A stretch of DNA of 64,000 bases from Eledone cirrhosa (Eukaryota). Within the stretch, counting starts at the first letter, position 1, and each line of letters starts with the position of its first letter. Made by a program: the position numbers and the translations under genes. The stretch is from positions 31,558,001-31,622,000 of the forward strand of contig OZ024755.1 in assembly GCA_964016885.1 (NCBI GenBank). Direction: 5' to 3'. The notes beneath the pieces are model-generated. The model saw nothing but the letters and a program-made list of their open reading frames with translations, ran no database searches and was not told where the DNA came from. Positions 28,801 through 38,319 of the stretch are shown piece by piece.

Positions 28801-31800
28801 AAAAGAGACACAAAGATAAACACACACACATATGTATATGTGTATGGGCATCCAGCCATATAAACTATGCCAAAATGGAATGTATGAATAAGACAGTCAT
28901 CCAAACATGTCTAGCCTCTGAACATGACAACCCATTTGATGTAAGCAAGCATTGAAACAGGAAGAGGAGAGGGGGGAGGGGCATTATCCTTAGGTGTGAA
29001 AAAAGAAAACAATGCTCAATTGAGAAGAGAGTAGAAATATTTTATTTATTTATGTTCATACATGGAATAAAAACACCACCCACGGTTTCAAGGCCCAATA
29101 TTGACCACAGCTCCAGAATACAAGAGAGATCAAGAAGTTTATTCATTCATTCATTTCATTTCACTTTATGTCCGCTTTTTCCCTGCTTGCAAGGGTGCAA
29201 CGGGAACTGATGCTGGCTTGATTTCTACAGCTGGATGCCCTTCCTAACACCAACCTCATTTACAGTGAGTACTGGGTGCTTTTTTGCCGTGGCACCTCCA
29301 CAACCACTTTGCAGTGGAATGATAGGGACCCCAGTCCCTATCATCTCATTTCTACAGCTGAGTAAACTGGAGCAATGTGAAATAAAGTGTCTTGCTCAAG
29401 GAAACAACACATCACCCGGTCTGAGAATTGAACTCACAACCTTTCGATTGCAAGGCCAATGCTCTAACCGCTAAGCCATGTGCCTCCATATATATATGGT
29501 GGCTGCAAACTCTGCTAAGAGTACTGCAATCACTTGTCAGATTACAGATAATGGTGCACTTTTAGGCTACAGCCAGCCACACGAACCTGTAACATATCCT
29601 GAACAAGCAATGCCTGTGCTTTGAAGGTTTTTTAAGTGGGGAAAGGCCTTGCACTCGACCAATCCCACTCTCTGAGCATCGAAAACACTACCCGTAAAGG
29701 AGAACTGGTCAACATCAACGGATGTTTCCGAAGCCGCAGGTTTTTTTTCAAAGTTTCCCTCTCCTAGAAAGGTGTTGTGACCAAAAAAAAAAAAACACTC
29801 TTGGATGGCTGTTGGCTTTGCTGAGTTCTCCACCCTTTGCCAAGTCTTGTATTTCATCCCGCAGGGTGTCTAAATATCACCAAGCTAACTTGGTGGGGTT
29901 GCCAGTTTAGTCGCCAACGACCCGACCATGAGACAGGTTGTACTGGGTTACATGTTACCAGTAGCACTCGAGAGCAACCTGACACACACAAATATATATA
30001 TATATGTATATATATATAACAGGCTTCTTCAGTTTCCATCTACCAAATGTTACTCACAAAGTATAAATGTAGAAAAATAAAGCAATTTATTTATCTAGTA
30101 AAATTATATGTTGTTATTGATGCAGTAACACTATACCTGATACCCCCCTCCCCCACCTCCATACACACACATGTATATCATGACTCATATACTGTTCATT
30201 TTCCTGGCATTTGTACATTATTCTATGTACTATACATACACTGTTGATGAGTTGTAGTGCACCTGAACACTGTACACAATAATTTGATTATTATTATTAT
30301 TTTATATCAGTATTTCAAGTCAAGTAGACTTAGGTAGACTAGGTAGGGTAGTATACACAAAGTAGAACACAAACAGATTATGTAGAGAGGTTTATGCAAG
30401 GCCAAGGGTAGGGATAGAATCACATATGCTTTGAAATGGTTACAAATGTGTAAACCAATGACTGTGACCTCATTTCCTTACATCCACACACAATACAAAC
30501 ACAAAAACCTAATACCTTATATGTGTGTGTGTGTGGTTTTCTGTTAGTATATATAACAAAACCACCCTTCGGGTGGCTTTCTGCTGGTATATATAACACA
30601 TGTATAGCATGTATAGTGTGTATATTGATATTATACGCAAATATATTTTCATGTAGATATAATACATCAAATAAAATCGTAAATGACAATATGCACAGAA
30701 ATTGAAGAGAGGCTGTGTTACACTGTCTTCTGCAATCAGCAGAGTAATCCATGATACATTTAAAAAAGACGATAATATATATAAACTGCATTACAGTGAA
30801 ATGTAATGAAAACGAAAAAGAAGGAGAAAATGTGGAAAGTAGACATAAAATGATCATACAAAATCACCAGACACCACCCGTAGTTCAATAATATTAAGTG
30901 TTTACAATAAAATTTAAACCGTCCATCATTTTATGTAAGAACCTTTCAAGTTATGTTCCAAACATTAGCTTAACCCTTTCATTACCATATTTCTAATGAA
31001 AGACACTGTCTATGTCATTAACTCTTTCATTACCATATTTCTAATGAAAGATACTGTCTATGTCATTAACCCTTTCATTACCATATTTCTAATGAAAGAC
31101 ACTGTCTATATCATTAACCCTTTCATTACCATATTTCTAATGGAAGACACTGTCTATGTCATTAACCCTTTCATTACCATATTTCTAATGAAAGACACTA
31201 TGTCATTAACCCTTTCATTACCATATTTCTAATGAAAGACACTATATCATTAACCCTTTCATTACCATATTTCTAATGAAAGACACTGTCTATGTTATTA
31301 ACCCTTTCATTATCATATTTCTAATGAAGACACTGTCTATGTCATTAACCCTTTCATTACCATATTTATGATGAATGACACTGTCTATGATTTTCAATTA
31401 ATTTTGAAAATAATAATCAAGAATTTAGAGGAATTTAGTAATATAATTAACTTTCGCCTTATTAAACTATTGTTTGGAACATAACAAAGGTTGTTAAAAT
31501 TATGATGGAAGTGGTAGGGTGTTCAGCATACAATTGAAATGTGAGTTTGATGGAGGTGAACTGTGTTCTTATGACACTTTATTTTACATTACTCCAATTC
31601 ACTCAACTGGCAAAGATGAGTTATATCTGTGAGTCAAAAGACCATTTAATAACCTGCAGTGCTGGGTTGGTCATCTCCAATAGAACTGGTCTGTTAATAA
31701 CCTGTAGTGCAGGGTTTGTCACCTCCAATAGAACTGGTTTGTTAATAACAGTGCTGGGTCTGTCATCTCCAATAGAACTGGTCTGTTAATAACCTGTAGT

Positions 31801-34080
31801 GCGGGGTTTATCACCTCCAATAGAACTGGTCTGTTAATAACAGTTCTGGGTCTGTCACCTCCAATAGAACTGGTCTGTTAATAACAGTGCTGGGTCTGTC
31901 ATCTCCAATAGAACTGGTCTGTTAATAACAGTGCTGGGTCTGTCATCTCCAATAGAACTGGTCTGTTAATAACAGTGCTGGGTCTGTTGACATTTAGATA
32001 TACCTCTCTGGCACCCTTAAAACAACCTTCAGTAGCACCATCACACATTTTGGTACCAGTTATATTTTTCTTGTTTTCTTTTAATCTTTTTACTTCTGAC
32101 TGGTTTCAGTCATTAGACTGTGGCCATACTGGGGCACTGTTCTTTTTACTGGTTTCAGTCAGACTGTGGCCATGCTGGGGTACTGTTCTTTTACTATTTT
32201 CAGTCATTAGACTGTGGCCATGCTGGAGCACTGTTCTTTTACTGGTTTCAGTCATTAGACTGTGGCCATGCTGGGGCACTGTTCTTTTACTGGTTCAGTC
32301 ATTAGACTGTGGCCATGCTGGGGCACTGTTCTTTTACTGGTTTCAGTCATTAGACTGTGGCCATGCTGGGGCACTGTTCTTTTACTGGTTCAGTCATTAG
32401 ACTGTGGCCATGCTGGGGCGCTGTTCTTTTACTGGTTTCAGTCATTAGACTGTAGCCATGCTGGGGCACTGTTCTTTTACTGGTTTCAGTCATTAGACTA
32501 TGGCCATGCTGAGGCACTGTTCTTTTACTGGTTTCAGTCATTAGACTGTGGCCATGCTGGGGCACTGTTCTTTTACTGGTTTCAGTCATTAGACTATGGC
32601 CATGCTGGGGCAGGCAGAGCCTTGAGGGAATTCAGTTGATCATCTCAACCTCACTACTTACAGTTACCCAAATCTGGTATTTATTTTATGGACATAAACA
32701 AACAGCCCTAGTCACATAAACAGATGCTGCCATCGTTAGCATCTGTGCTGACATGGGTTTGATGGGTTATACTGAGCTGATACCAGACAGGTTAGAACAA
32801 CCTCATCTTAATCATATATTCCACATTTTTGTCATGGTTTCTATGGCCAAGTGCCCTTCCTATCATTAACCACACTAGCAGTAAAACCACCATTTGGGTG
32901 GTTTTCTGCTAGTATGTGTAGTGTGTATATTGATATTATACGCAAGTATATATACATGTAGATATGATACATCAAATAAAATCGTAATTGATAATATATA
33001 ATACACAGAAATTGAACGAAGACTGCGTTACACTGTCTTATTTAATCAGTAACGTAATCCATGATACATTAAAAAGACACGATATTATATATAAACTGCA
33101 TTAGGAGAAAAATTAGAGACAGAAATATATAAATGTTTATATAAGCGATCGCTAACTGGAGGTGTTGAGATTTGAAAATTTTAAAGAAGTGAATCTTTAA
33201 ATAAGCAATAAAATATATTTTATCAAGTGATACGAAATTTAGTAGATAAATTATGTAATATTCATTGATTGGCAGTATCAGTAGAGGGTCGGACGCCATG
33301 CTTTCCAGCATAGTTATGTCCCTTTACGATCTGAGTTCAAATCCCGCCGAGGTTAACTTTGCCTTTCATCCATACGGGGTCGATAAAATAAAGTACCAGT
33401 AATGCACTGGGTAATTGCTGGCCTTGTGCCAAAAGTAGAAACAATTATTTATTCAAAGTAATCCAACTTATTTTACAAATGGGATAAAAAAATATATTCT
33501 GGATGCAGTTCTGCAATCCTTTCTTTATTATAGTTAAGACAATATGGCGGTGGATTGGCAGTATCGGTAGAGGGTCGGATGCCATGCTTTGATGCAAAGA
33601 GTAACGGCCCTTTCCATTCTGAGTTCAAATCCTGCCGAGGTTAACTTTGCCTTTCATCCTTACGGGGTCGATGAAATAAAGTACCAGTAATACAGTGGTT
33701 AATTGCTGGCCTTGTGCCAAAAGTAGAAACAATTATATTTACGACAATAGGCTTCCACACAAAAAAGCTGTAAGTTATCTATAAGTCCATAAAGTATTTT
33801 TAGTGACATAACAATGTTGATATACTTCCTTTTTGAATTTGTTTTGCAAGATTTCTTATCTGAAAACATGTGTTGAAGCAGATAGTGTTGTACTTTGGGA
33901 TGGTTATGCTGCCAATAAAAACACACGCACCCCTGTTGGTTGTCACTTCAATCTATTATAAATTTCCGGTTGGTTGGTTCGATAACTGGATGGTTGTTTA
34001 TATATTGTCAAAGCTCTTTCGTCACACATTTTGTGACCTCCTCAGTGACTGGGTTTTTATTTTGTGTCTCTTCCTTGTTG

Positions 34081-34120
<40 letters not shown>

Positions 34121-37100
34121 TGTTTTTACTTTAGGCACAAGACCAGCAATTACCCAGTGCATTACTGGTACTTTATTTTATCAACCCCGTAAGGATGAAA
34201 GACAAAGTCAACCTCGGCGGGATTTGAACTCAGATCGTAAAGGGACGTAACTATGCTGGAAAGCATGGCGTCCGACCCTCCACCGATATTGCCAATCATA
34301 ATATTGCCAATAATAATAATAATAATGATGATAATCTACGAAGTAGTAGTTACAATTAGCTTCCTGAGAAAAGTAATTAGCAATACAACAATTAATGACA
34401 CACTGAAGGTATTGGTAAACCTGAAGTAGAAGACACTACTTGCCTAAGGTACCACACACTGGGATTGGATCCCAGACCCTGTTGCAAAACAAACTCTTTA
34501 ACCAGACATCTATATATGTGCAATGTATAGAAATGGTAATGAATTGGCATATAAACAGATGAAGCTCAACAAATAGTCTGAGATAGATAAAGCCTAGTTT
34601 TATAAAGTATCAACTCTTCCAAAGTTATTGAAGTCAATAGTTTTAAAACATTTCACTTCAGTTAACAAGTGTTTTAAGATCATTTTTTACAGTAAAGCAG
34701 GGGTTAGCTTTTTAGTACCCTCGACAGGATTCCTGTGGGAACCTTTTTGAGGCTAAGCTTTTCAACCAAATATTCTTCTTGGCACCTTTTAGTATCTCTT
34801 ATGACAGGAATACAGTAGATCTATTTTAAAGCAGATTTCACCAGAACTTCACTTCAAAGAGAAAATAAAAACAAAATTCTCAATAATATTGCAACAAACT
34901 AGGATACTACCATACCATCTTAACCATTTCCTTGACTGTGTAGAGACTGTCTTTCTATTACCATACCATCTTAACCATTTCCTTGGCTGTGGAGAGACTG
35001 TCTTTCCACTACCATACCATCTTAACCATTTCCTTGGCTGTGTAGAGACTGTCTTTCTATTACCATACCATCTTAACCATTTCCTTGGCTGTGGAGAGAC
35101 TGTCTTTCCACTACCATACCATCTTAACCATTTCCTTGGCTGTGGAGAGACTGTCTTTCCACTACCATACCATCTTAACCATTTCCTTGGCTGTGTAGAG
35201 ACTGTCTTTCTATTACCATACCATCTTAACCATTTCCTTGGCTGTGGAGAGACTGTCTTTCTACTACCATACCATCTTAACCATTTAATAGAAAGACAGT
35301 TATCCTGGACCGAAAGTTCTCCCGAAGAGAATAGCTAGTTGGCTTTCGTCAACACCCAGAGTTTCCCCAAGGGTGTCATCGTTCTTGCCCTCCACTAACC
35401 CTCTACAGAATGCCAAGATGGCGTTTCCCTCGACTGCAGCGCCCGAATGACAAAGGGCAGTGAGCACTTGAATACATTTGAGTTTCCAAGCGCTCCCTCT
35501 CGGTCTCCGCTTGACCCAGAATTGCAGTTCCGTCAACGAGACGAGCTGGGGAAAAATGTGCCTAGAGAAGGACGACCACACCTGTTCACCATCGAGGAAG
35601 ATCTGGAAATACCGTAGTCTCAGCGTATGTCTGCACATCATCCGCCATGGCATGCCCAGTCCTCAATCCATGGGGTGGTGACAGCAGATGGACCCCCTGA
35701 CCACCGAAGCGCGTCCCTCCCACAAAAATAAAAAGCGAATGAGTAAATGCTCCAGTGCAGTCAGACGAGGATAGGACAAGGCATGACGGTCAGGTGGTAG
35801 AAGATGACGGATGTGATGTACGCCTTCACCACCTCCACCCGGGATAGCCTTCTCACGGCCATTTCTGGGTAAGATAGGCTACTGTACTCATCACCTTGTC
35901 CCAGATTTTGTCCATCTGGAGGTCTGGACCAAACCACAACCCAAGCAATTTAACCAATCTGTCCGTCCAGTACCCAACAATGCTGTAGGATGGTATGGAC
36001 CTGCCTCTCCAGGTACCAAGCCACAGGCCCACCGACTTTTCCTGGTTAATCATTGCTCCTGTCACCGCCTTGAATTCACTTAGAGTAGTGCCAACCGCCT
36101 CAATGTGTTTGGTGCTCAACACCACTACGGTGACATTGTCAGCATAAGCTGACAGTTTTCCCGCATCCCAGTTCACACGGGATGCCCCTCAGTGTCTGCA
36201 GTAATGGCTCTAGAGTCAATATATACAACAGGGATGAGAGGGGACAACTCTGGTGGACTGAGGTCATGATGTTGAAAGTTTCCAAAAGGTGACCATTCAC
36301 CCTCACCACAAAGCAGGGTCATTGTGCATGGCAGCGACCTACCCTCTGAAAACCGACCCAAAGCTGGCCGCCAGGTATTGATGGTCGAGCCTATCGAATG
36401 CTTTCGATTGATTTAAATTGATCAGGGCCCCACCTGTGCCAGGTTCGTTAGCCAACCTCTCCACGATGTATTGCATGAGGTGGAGGTTGTTACGGATGGA
36501 TCTTTTGGGAATGGTGCATATCTGCACCTCTCCTACAAGACTCCTGACAACAAGCACCAACCTGATTGCTTGGCAAAAATTTTGAATTCAGCAAAGTTTT
36601 GGGCATGAAATTATCTACTTTGTCCCTTCTGTTTGGGTCCTTTCTCAGCACTGCCACCACTCCTCGCCTCACAGAACTGCTGGGAATTCTACCATTCTGC
36701 TGCCAGTTACAGTAGATGTCTGCCAAGAAGTCACCAAACAATTCTGGTATGTATACATAAAGCTTGTAGGGCAGACCATCCAAACCAGGTGATTTACCCC
36801 TTACGTAGCTAGTCATTGCCTTGTGTATCTAGGCAACAGTTATCGGCTTTACACAGCACTCTGCCTCCACAGCAGGCCTTCAAGGTAGGGACTAAAGTCC
36901 ATTCCATTATCTGGCCCGCCACTACTCCTGAACAGTTGAGCAAAATGCTGCTCAGGATTGACTGACATGCAACCATAATGGTCCTTTAAAGACCGGATCG
37001 TGGCTTTGTTGCCATGACCTGCCTCCACAACTCAGGCCCATCAAGCAGCTTTCGTCCCCTCATGTCTGAGAGCATGTGTCCTAGCTCTGATAATGCAGCC

Positions 37101-38319
37101 TTCATTCTTTGCATTGGAGAATTGGTCGAGGGCCAATCTCGCTGCAAGCAGGTCGGTCATGATGCCTTTACTAAGCGCCTCATCTAATTTTCTAACTAGT
37201 TCTCCCTTTTTCAGTATTGCTAACACCTTACTGAACCTAATGGATTCTGTTCTAATCGCTGTTTTCAGGATGAACCACCATTTGTTGTTTGTGACTGCCC
37301 CTGTCAACTAATTCACTAATCCGGTCTCTGTAGGCTTTGTATGCTGGTAGTGAGGCATTCAGCTTCCATTATCTGGGTCCCTGTCTATGAAGCCTATCTA
37401 AGTTGATAACACAGATCATGAATTTGTGGTCTGTGTAGTCTTGAATTGTGGACAGCCTAAGTTAGGCCTAACTACTTCCCTATAAAATACCCTATCTAGA
37501 TATGATCTGGATGACCTGATGCAGTTTGTCCATGTCCACATTGGTACATTCAGGAAATCCAGACGGTACCTATCAGACAGTTGAAAACGTCTGAGCAGGT
37601 TTGTGAGGCTATACAGCCTCCTTCCCTATCTGCTAGTCCGATACAATCCCAGCATGCATCCAAGATCCCGTTCCAGTCGCCCACTAACACTAAAGAGTGT
37701 GACGTTCTGAGAAAGATCCTCAGGCGCCGGAAGAAATCAGGCCGTCCACCCTTGTTGGGGCATAGACGGCCACTAGTCTGAAAGTGTGCCCTTCTCTGCT
37801 GGTCATGTCCATCACCACCATCTTACCTTGTGGGTCCAAGAAGATGGCCTGTATCTTGAGATCCAGACCTCTCCAGAACAACACAGCCACTCCTCTCCCA
37901 GATCAGGGATGGCTTGGAGGTGTGTGCACCTCGTAGCCAATGAAAAAAAAAAATAATAATCATCATCATCTAATAAGTAGTAGGTATGACTAGTTTCCTA
38001 AGGAAAGTAATTAGCAATAGAGCAGTTAATGACGCAGATTTTCACAAGTTTGAAAAATTGATGTATAATGTCCATTATTCGTGTTTCTAAAGATTTTAAG
38101 ACAAGCTGAAGTGTCATGCAAATGATTTCGTTTATAAACTTTGAATTACACTTGGCAAAATAAATAGATACAATACAATACAAACAATATGAAGCAATAA
38201 GTGGTTATGATAAACTGAGGGAGGATGAGGGCAGTAGTATTGAGTGCTGACATGCTTTTCGGTGGAGGGTAGCAACATTGTCAAGCAGTTATCTACGTAC
38301 CTTTTGACCGAGTGATCAT
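129..38319 (-). CDS. ZMYND8: ZMYND8/PRKCBP1 (RACK7)-like PHD-bromodomain-PWWP chromatin reader, 15 coding exons in window, 3' part (MYND finger) outside window
   Basis: Exons joined at GT-AG sites keep one open frame for 2781 nt. The peptide follows human ZMYND8 motif order from memory: (M)[91 protein letters not shown]. Confidence 0.95.
353..1115. repeat. Intronic minisatellite, 29-31 bp unit GAGATAACAGTGATGAAATAACAGAAAACAA
   Basis: About 25 direct tandem copies filling most of the intron. Confidence 0.97.
1129..1462 (-). CDS. ZMYND8: ZMYND8 exon ([11 protein letters not shown]...VDVKSTT)
   Basis: TTTCAG/GTATGT; 334 nt, phase 1-2, open frame. Confidence 0.85.
1750..3295. repeat. 48-bp minisatellite (GTAGTGCTGGTGCCATAATAAAATGCACCTTGTAGACTGTGTAAAGTG) derived from a SINE segment
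   Basis: About 32 near-identical copies; runs into SINE-like 'aaaagcacccagtag...gtggttggtgttaggaag' sequence at 3350-3410. Confidence 0.95.
3866..4200 (-). mobile_element. tRNA-derived CORE-like SINE with RTE-type 3' tail
   Basis: Minus strand starts GGAGGCACATGGCTTAGCGG (box A)...GAGTTCAATTC (box B); CCTTGAGCAAGACACTT core; CCCTTGCAAGCAGGGAAAAGCGGACGTAAAATGATGATG tail; repeated many times in window. Confidence 0.9.
4272..5434 (-). CDS. ZMYND8: ZMYND8 large exon: [12 protein letters not shown] followed by K/S/T-rich disordered region
   Basis: TTTTAG acceptor continues ...KYR|QKFG; 1163 nt open; GTACAT donor phase 1 matches the next exon. Confidence 0.9.
6083..6650 (+). mobile_element. SINE head plus degraded non-LTR 3' fragments
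   Basis: TGGCTGAGTGG...GAGTTCGATTCC boxes and CORE-like segment, followed by a DRDRWRELV-like LINE C-terminus. Confidence 0.55.
6675..7505 (-). mobile_element. RTE-clade LINE 3' fragment
   Basis: [32 protein letters not shown] motifs; (ATG)n tail; colinear with 59820-60685. Confidence 0.9.
7528..7842. repeat. AT-rich tandem repeat (ATATTAACTGCCAACAT/ATATTAACAT)
   Basis: Direct tandem copies. Confidence 0.9.
8054..8386. repeat. Degenerate (GAT/GGT/GAC) trinucleotide repeat
   Basis: Low-complexity triplets giving M/V/T ORFs. Confidence 0.9.
8446..8568 (-). CDS. ZMYND8: ZMYND8 exon, PWWP C-terminal part
   Basis: [40 protein letters not shown]; TTCTAG/GTTTG; 123 nt, phase 2-2. Confidence 0.93.
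8650..9525. repeat. Diverged 48-bp minisatellite (…CATGATAAAATACACCCAGTACACTCTGTAAAGTGGTAGTG…)
   Basis: About 18 copies, same SINE-derived segment as the 1750-3295 array. Confidence 0.9.
9670..10090 (-). mobile_element. Two degraded SINEs of the 'CTTTGCCTTTCATCCTTACGGGGTCGATAAAATAAAGTACCAG' family
   Basis: Reverse complement matches copies at 33265-33740. Confidence 0.7.
10176..10670 (+). mobile_element. TTAA-CCCTTT-terminated (piggyBac-like) MITE with tandemly amplified 48-bp terminus
   Basis: Units TTAACCCTTTCATTACCATATTTCTAATGAAAGACACTGTCTATGTCA followed by a conserved body also seen at 31390, 40500 and 41100. Confidence 0.65.
10709..10764 (-). CDS. ZMYND8: ZMYND8 exon, PWWP domain
   Basis: [18 protein letters not shown](R); AATCAG/GTAAG; 56 nt, phase 0-2. 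Confidence 0.96.
10809..11194. mobile_element. Tc1/mariner-like MITE with nested retroelement 3' fragment
   Basis: TA|CAGGGTATCTCCAAAAAATGTGTACACACT and inverted AGTGTGTATACATTTTGGGGGGACACCCTA|TA termini. Confidence 0.7.
11208..11551 (-). mobile_element. tRNA-derived CORE-like SINE, full length
   Basis: Near-identical to 3866-4200. Confidence 0.9.
11690..12170 (-). mobile_element. Degraded RTE LINE fragment
   Basis: [17 protein letters not shown] and MLRWM-like motifs. Confidence 0.75.
12388..13618. repeat. 12-bp minisatellite GT(G/A)GTTGGTAGT, about 100 copies
   Basis: Direct tandem array with two interspersed unit variants. Confidence 0.98.
13727..13786 (-). CDS. ZMYND8: ZMYND8 exon, PWWP domain start
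   Basis: [20 protein letters not shown]; TTAG/GTAAG; 60 nt. Confidence 0.97.
13955..14310 (+). mobile_element. Degraded RTE LINE 3' fragments
   Basis: [16 protein letters not shown]-like motif present twice, then ACCCATGCAAACATGGAA tail. Confidence 0.7.
14402..14482 (-). CDS. ZMYND8: ZMYND8 exon, zinc-binding linker between bromodomain and PWWP
   Basis: [27 protein letters not shown]; TTCAAG/GTAAG; 81 nt. Confidence 0.95.
14885..15282 (+). mobile_element. CR1/L2-type LINE 3' end with duplicated 3'UTR and (ATT)n tails
   Basis: [17 protein letters not shown] resembles the WN.LP..VV....FK C-terminus; the UTR recurs at 30130-30300. Confidence 0.7.
15493..15548 (-). CDS. ZMYND8: ZMYND8 exon, bromodomain helix C
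   Basis: (T)[18 protein letters not shown]; AACAG/GTGAG; 56 nt, phase 1-0. Confidence 0.93.
15860..17720 (-). mobile_element. Decayed RTE LINE (APE remnant + RT)
   Basis: [45 protein letters not shown] motifs with frameshifts. Confidence 0.92.
17765..19010 (-). mobile_element. RTE LINE 3' part with PHD-like finger and long 3'UTR
   Basis: SKTKVL, WPCSVC..CPKC..HKRC..CGRC, FRYLGD, LHGSETW, LRWYGHV. Confidence 0.92.
19242..19329 (-). CDS. ZMYND8: ZMYND8 exon, bromodomain helix B with conserved Asn
   Basis: [29 protein letters not shown]; TTCCAG/GTAAG; 88 nt, phase 0-1. Confidence 0.97.
19388..20035. repeat. 22-bp minisatellite TTCTAAACACATCTATGTTATA
   Basis: About 29 tandem copies between bromodomain exons. 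Confidence 0.95.
20180..20272 (-). CDS. ZMYND8: ZMYND8 exon, bromodomain ZA loop
   Basis: [31 protein letters not shown]; TTTCAG/GTTGG; 93 nt. Confidence 0.95.
21875..21988 (-). CDS. ZMYND8: ZMYND8 exon, PHD-bromodomain linker and helix Z
   Basis: [38 protein letters not shown]; TGTAG/GTAAG; 114 nt. Confidence 0.95.
22530..22598 (-). ncRNA. Minimal type I hammerhead ribozyme motif (Penelope-like pLTR)
   Basis: GTTTTAT-CTGATGA-AAACACAAATATTA…TGATGTTTGTTTTT-GAAA-TGCGCA-TA^ATAAAAT: intact core, stems I and II, palindromic stem III. Confidence 0.75.
22905..23191 (+). mobile_element. 5'-truncated CORE-like SINE, with short inverted 5' segment at 22868-22900
   Basis: Reverse complement of the 3866-4200 family. 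Confidence 0.88.
23290..24270 (-). mobile_element. Penelope-like element remnant (GIY-YIG C-terminus + pLTR)
   Basis: Minus strand ~23990-23838 reads ...[19 protein letters not shown], like the PLE 'E.LLIK.LKP.IN' motif; degenerate hammerhead at 23418-23457. Confidence 0.6.
24397..24625. repeat. CA-rich 18-bp tandem repeat (GACACACACACAGTG…)
   Basis: Direct tandem copies just downstream of the PHD exon donor. Confidence 0.85.
24656..24799 (-). CDS. ZMYND8: ZMYND8 exon, PHD finger
   Basis: [48 protein letters not shown] (C4HC3); TTTCAG/GTAAT; 144 nt, phase 0-0. Confidence 0.97.
24835..26502. repeat. 21-bp minisatellite GTACCAGTATCAACACCAGAT, about 79 copies
   Basis: Direct tandem array starting ~35 bp from the PHD exon acceptor. 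Confidence 0.97.
26926..27083. repeat. 35-bp tandem repeat GCCAATCCACCAGCCCTGAACCAGTACTTTGTAGG x4.5
   Basis: Direct copies. Confidence 0.9.
27574..27680 (-). CDS. ZMYND8: ZMYND8 exon ([36 protein letters not shown]), basic NLS-like motif
   Basis: TTTCCAG acceptor, GTAAAT donor, 107 nt, phase 1-0 matching the PHD exon; PPKKQK resembles a classical NLS. Confidence 0.85.
28394..28579 (-). CDS. ZMYND8: ZMYND8 exon ([13 protein letters not shown]...[18 protein letters not shown])
   Basis: CTGTAG acceptor, GTAAG donor, 186 nt, phase 1-1, open frame. Confidence 0.8.
29145..29487 (-). mobile_element. tRNA-derived CORE-like SINE, full length
   Basis: Near-identical to 3866-4200. Confidence 0.9.
29497..29985 (-). 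mobile_element. Probable internally deleted non-LTR derivative (putative 5'UTR + 3' terminus)
   Basis: 29498-29550 is the reverse complement of the LINE 3' end at 62113-62162; the rest is GC-richer non-coding sequence. Confidence 0.5.
30557..30845 (-). mobile_element. Helitron-like non-autonomous element, partial copy
   Basis: CCACCC-TTC-GGGTGG hairpin; colinear with 32880-33100. Confidence 0.5.
30970..31510 (+). repeat. 48-bp TTAACCCTTT minisatellite plus MITE body
   Basis: About 9 copies of the unit seen at 10176. Confidence 0.85.
31645..31987. repeat. ~44-bp tandem repeat (CTCCAATAGAACTGGTCTGTTAATAACAGTGCTGGGTCTGTCAT)
   Basis: About 7 copies. Confidence 0.88.
32098..32612. repeat. 48-bp minisatellite CTGGTTTCAGTCATTAGACTGTGGCCATGCTGGGGCACTGTTCTTTTA (SINE 3'-end derived)
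   Basis: About 11 copies; related reverse-complement sequence at 21810-21860. Confidence 0.9.
32875..33246 (-). mobile_element. Helitron-like non-autonomous element
   Basis: Minus strand A|TCTACTAAATTT … CCACCC-AAAT-GGTGG hairpin … CTAG|T termini. Confidence 0.6.
33265..33740 (+). mobile_element. Two tandem SINEs (Meta-domain-like 'GCCTTTCATCCTTACGGGGTCGATAAAATAAAGTACCAG')
   Basis: GAGTTCAAATCC box B and conserved centre; further copies at 34120-34300, 38580-38700, 56235-56345. Confidence 0.8.
34120..34300 (-). mobile_element. SINE of the same family, inverted
   Basis: Reverse complement of 33265-33445. Confidence 0.85.
34905..35286. repeat. 51-bp minisatellite (CTACCATACCATCTTAACCATTTCCTTGGCTGTGGAGAGACTGTCTTTC…)
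   Basis: About 7.5 copies abutting the L1/Tx1 remnant. Confidence 0.9.
35290..37940 (-). mobile_element. Decayed L1/Tx1-clade LINE ORF2 (APE + RT)
   Basis: SRSYLDR/DHK-like APE end, [31 protein letters not shown] motifs; many stops and frameshifts. Confidence 0.85.
38301..38319 (-). CDS. ZMYND8: ZMYND8 exon with likely start codon (MITRSK); whole exon 38301-38350
   Basis: TTTGTAG acceptor at 38351-38352; ATG ATC ACT CGG TCA AAA G|GTACGT. Phase 1 joins the next exon to give MITRSKDSGS, resembling vertebrate MDISTRSKDPGS. Confidence 0.75.

Noticed and set aside
34719-34820. Possible extra ZMYND8 exon (AG…GT bounded, open in phase 0)
   Set aside because: The flanking intron is phase 1, where it meets a stop; weak splice sites and no recognisable homology.
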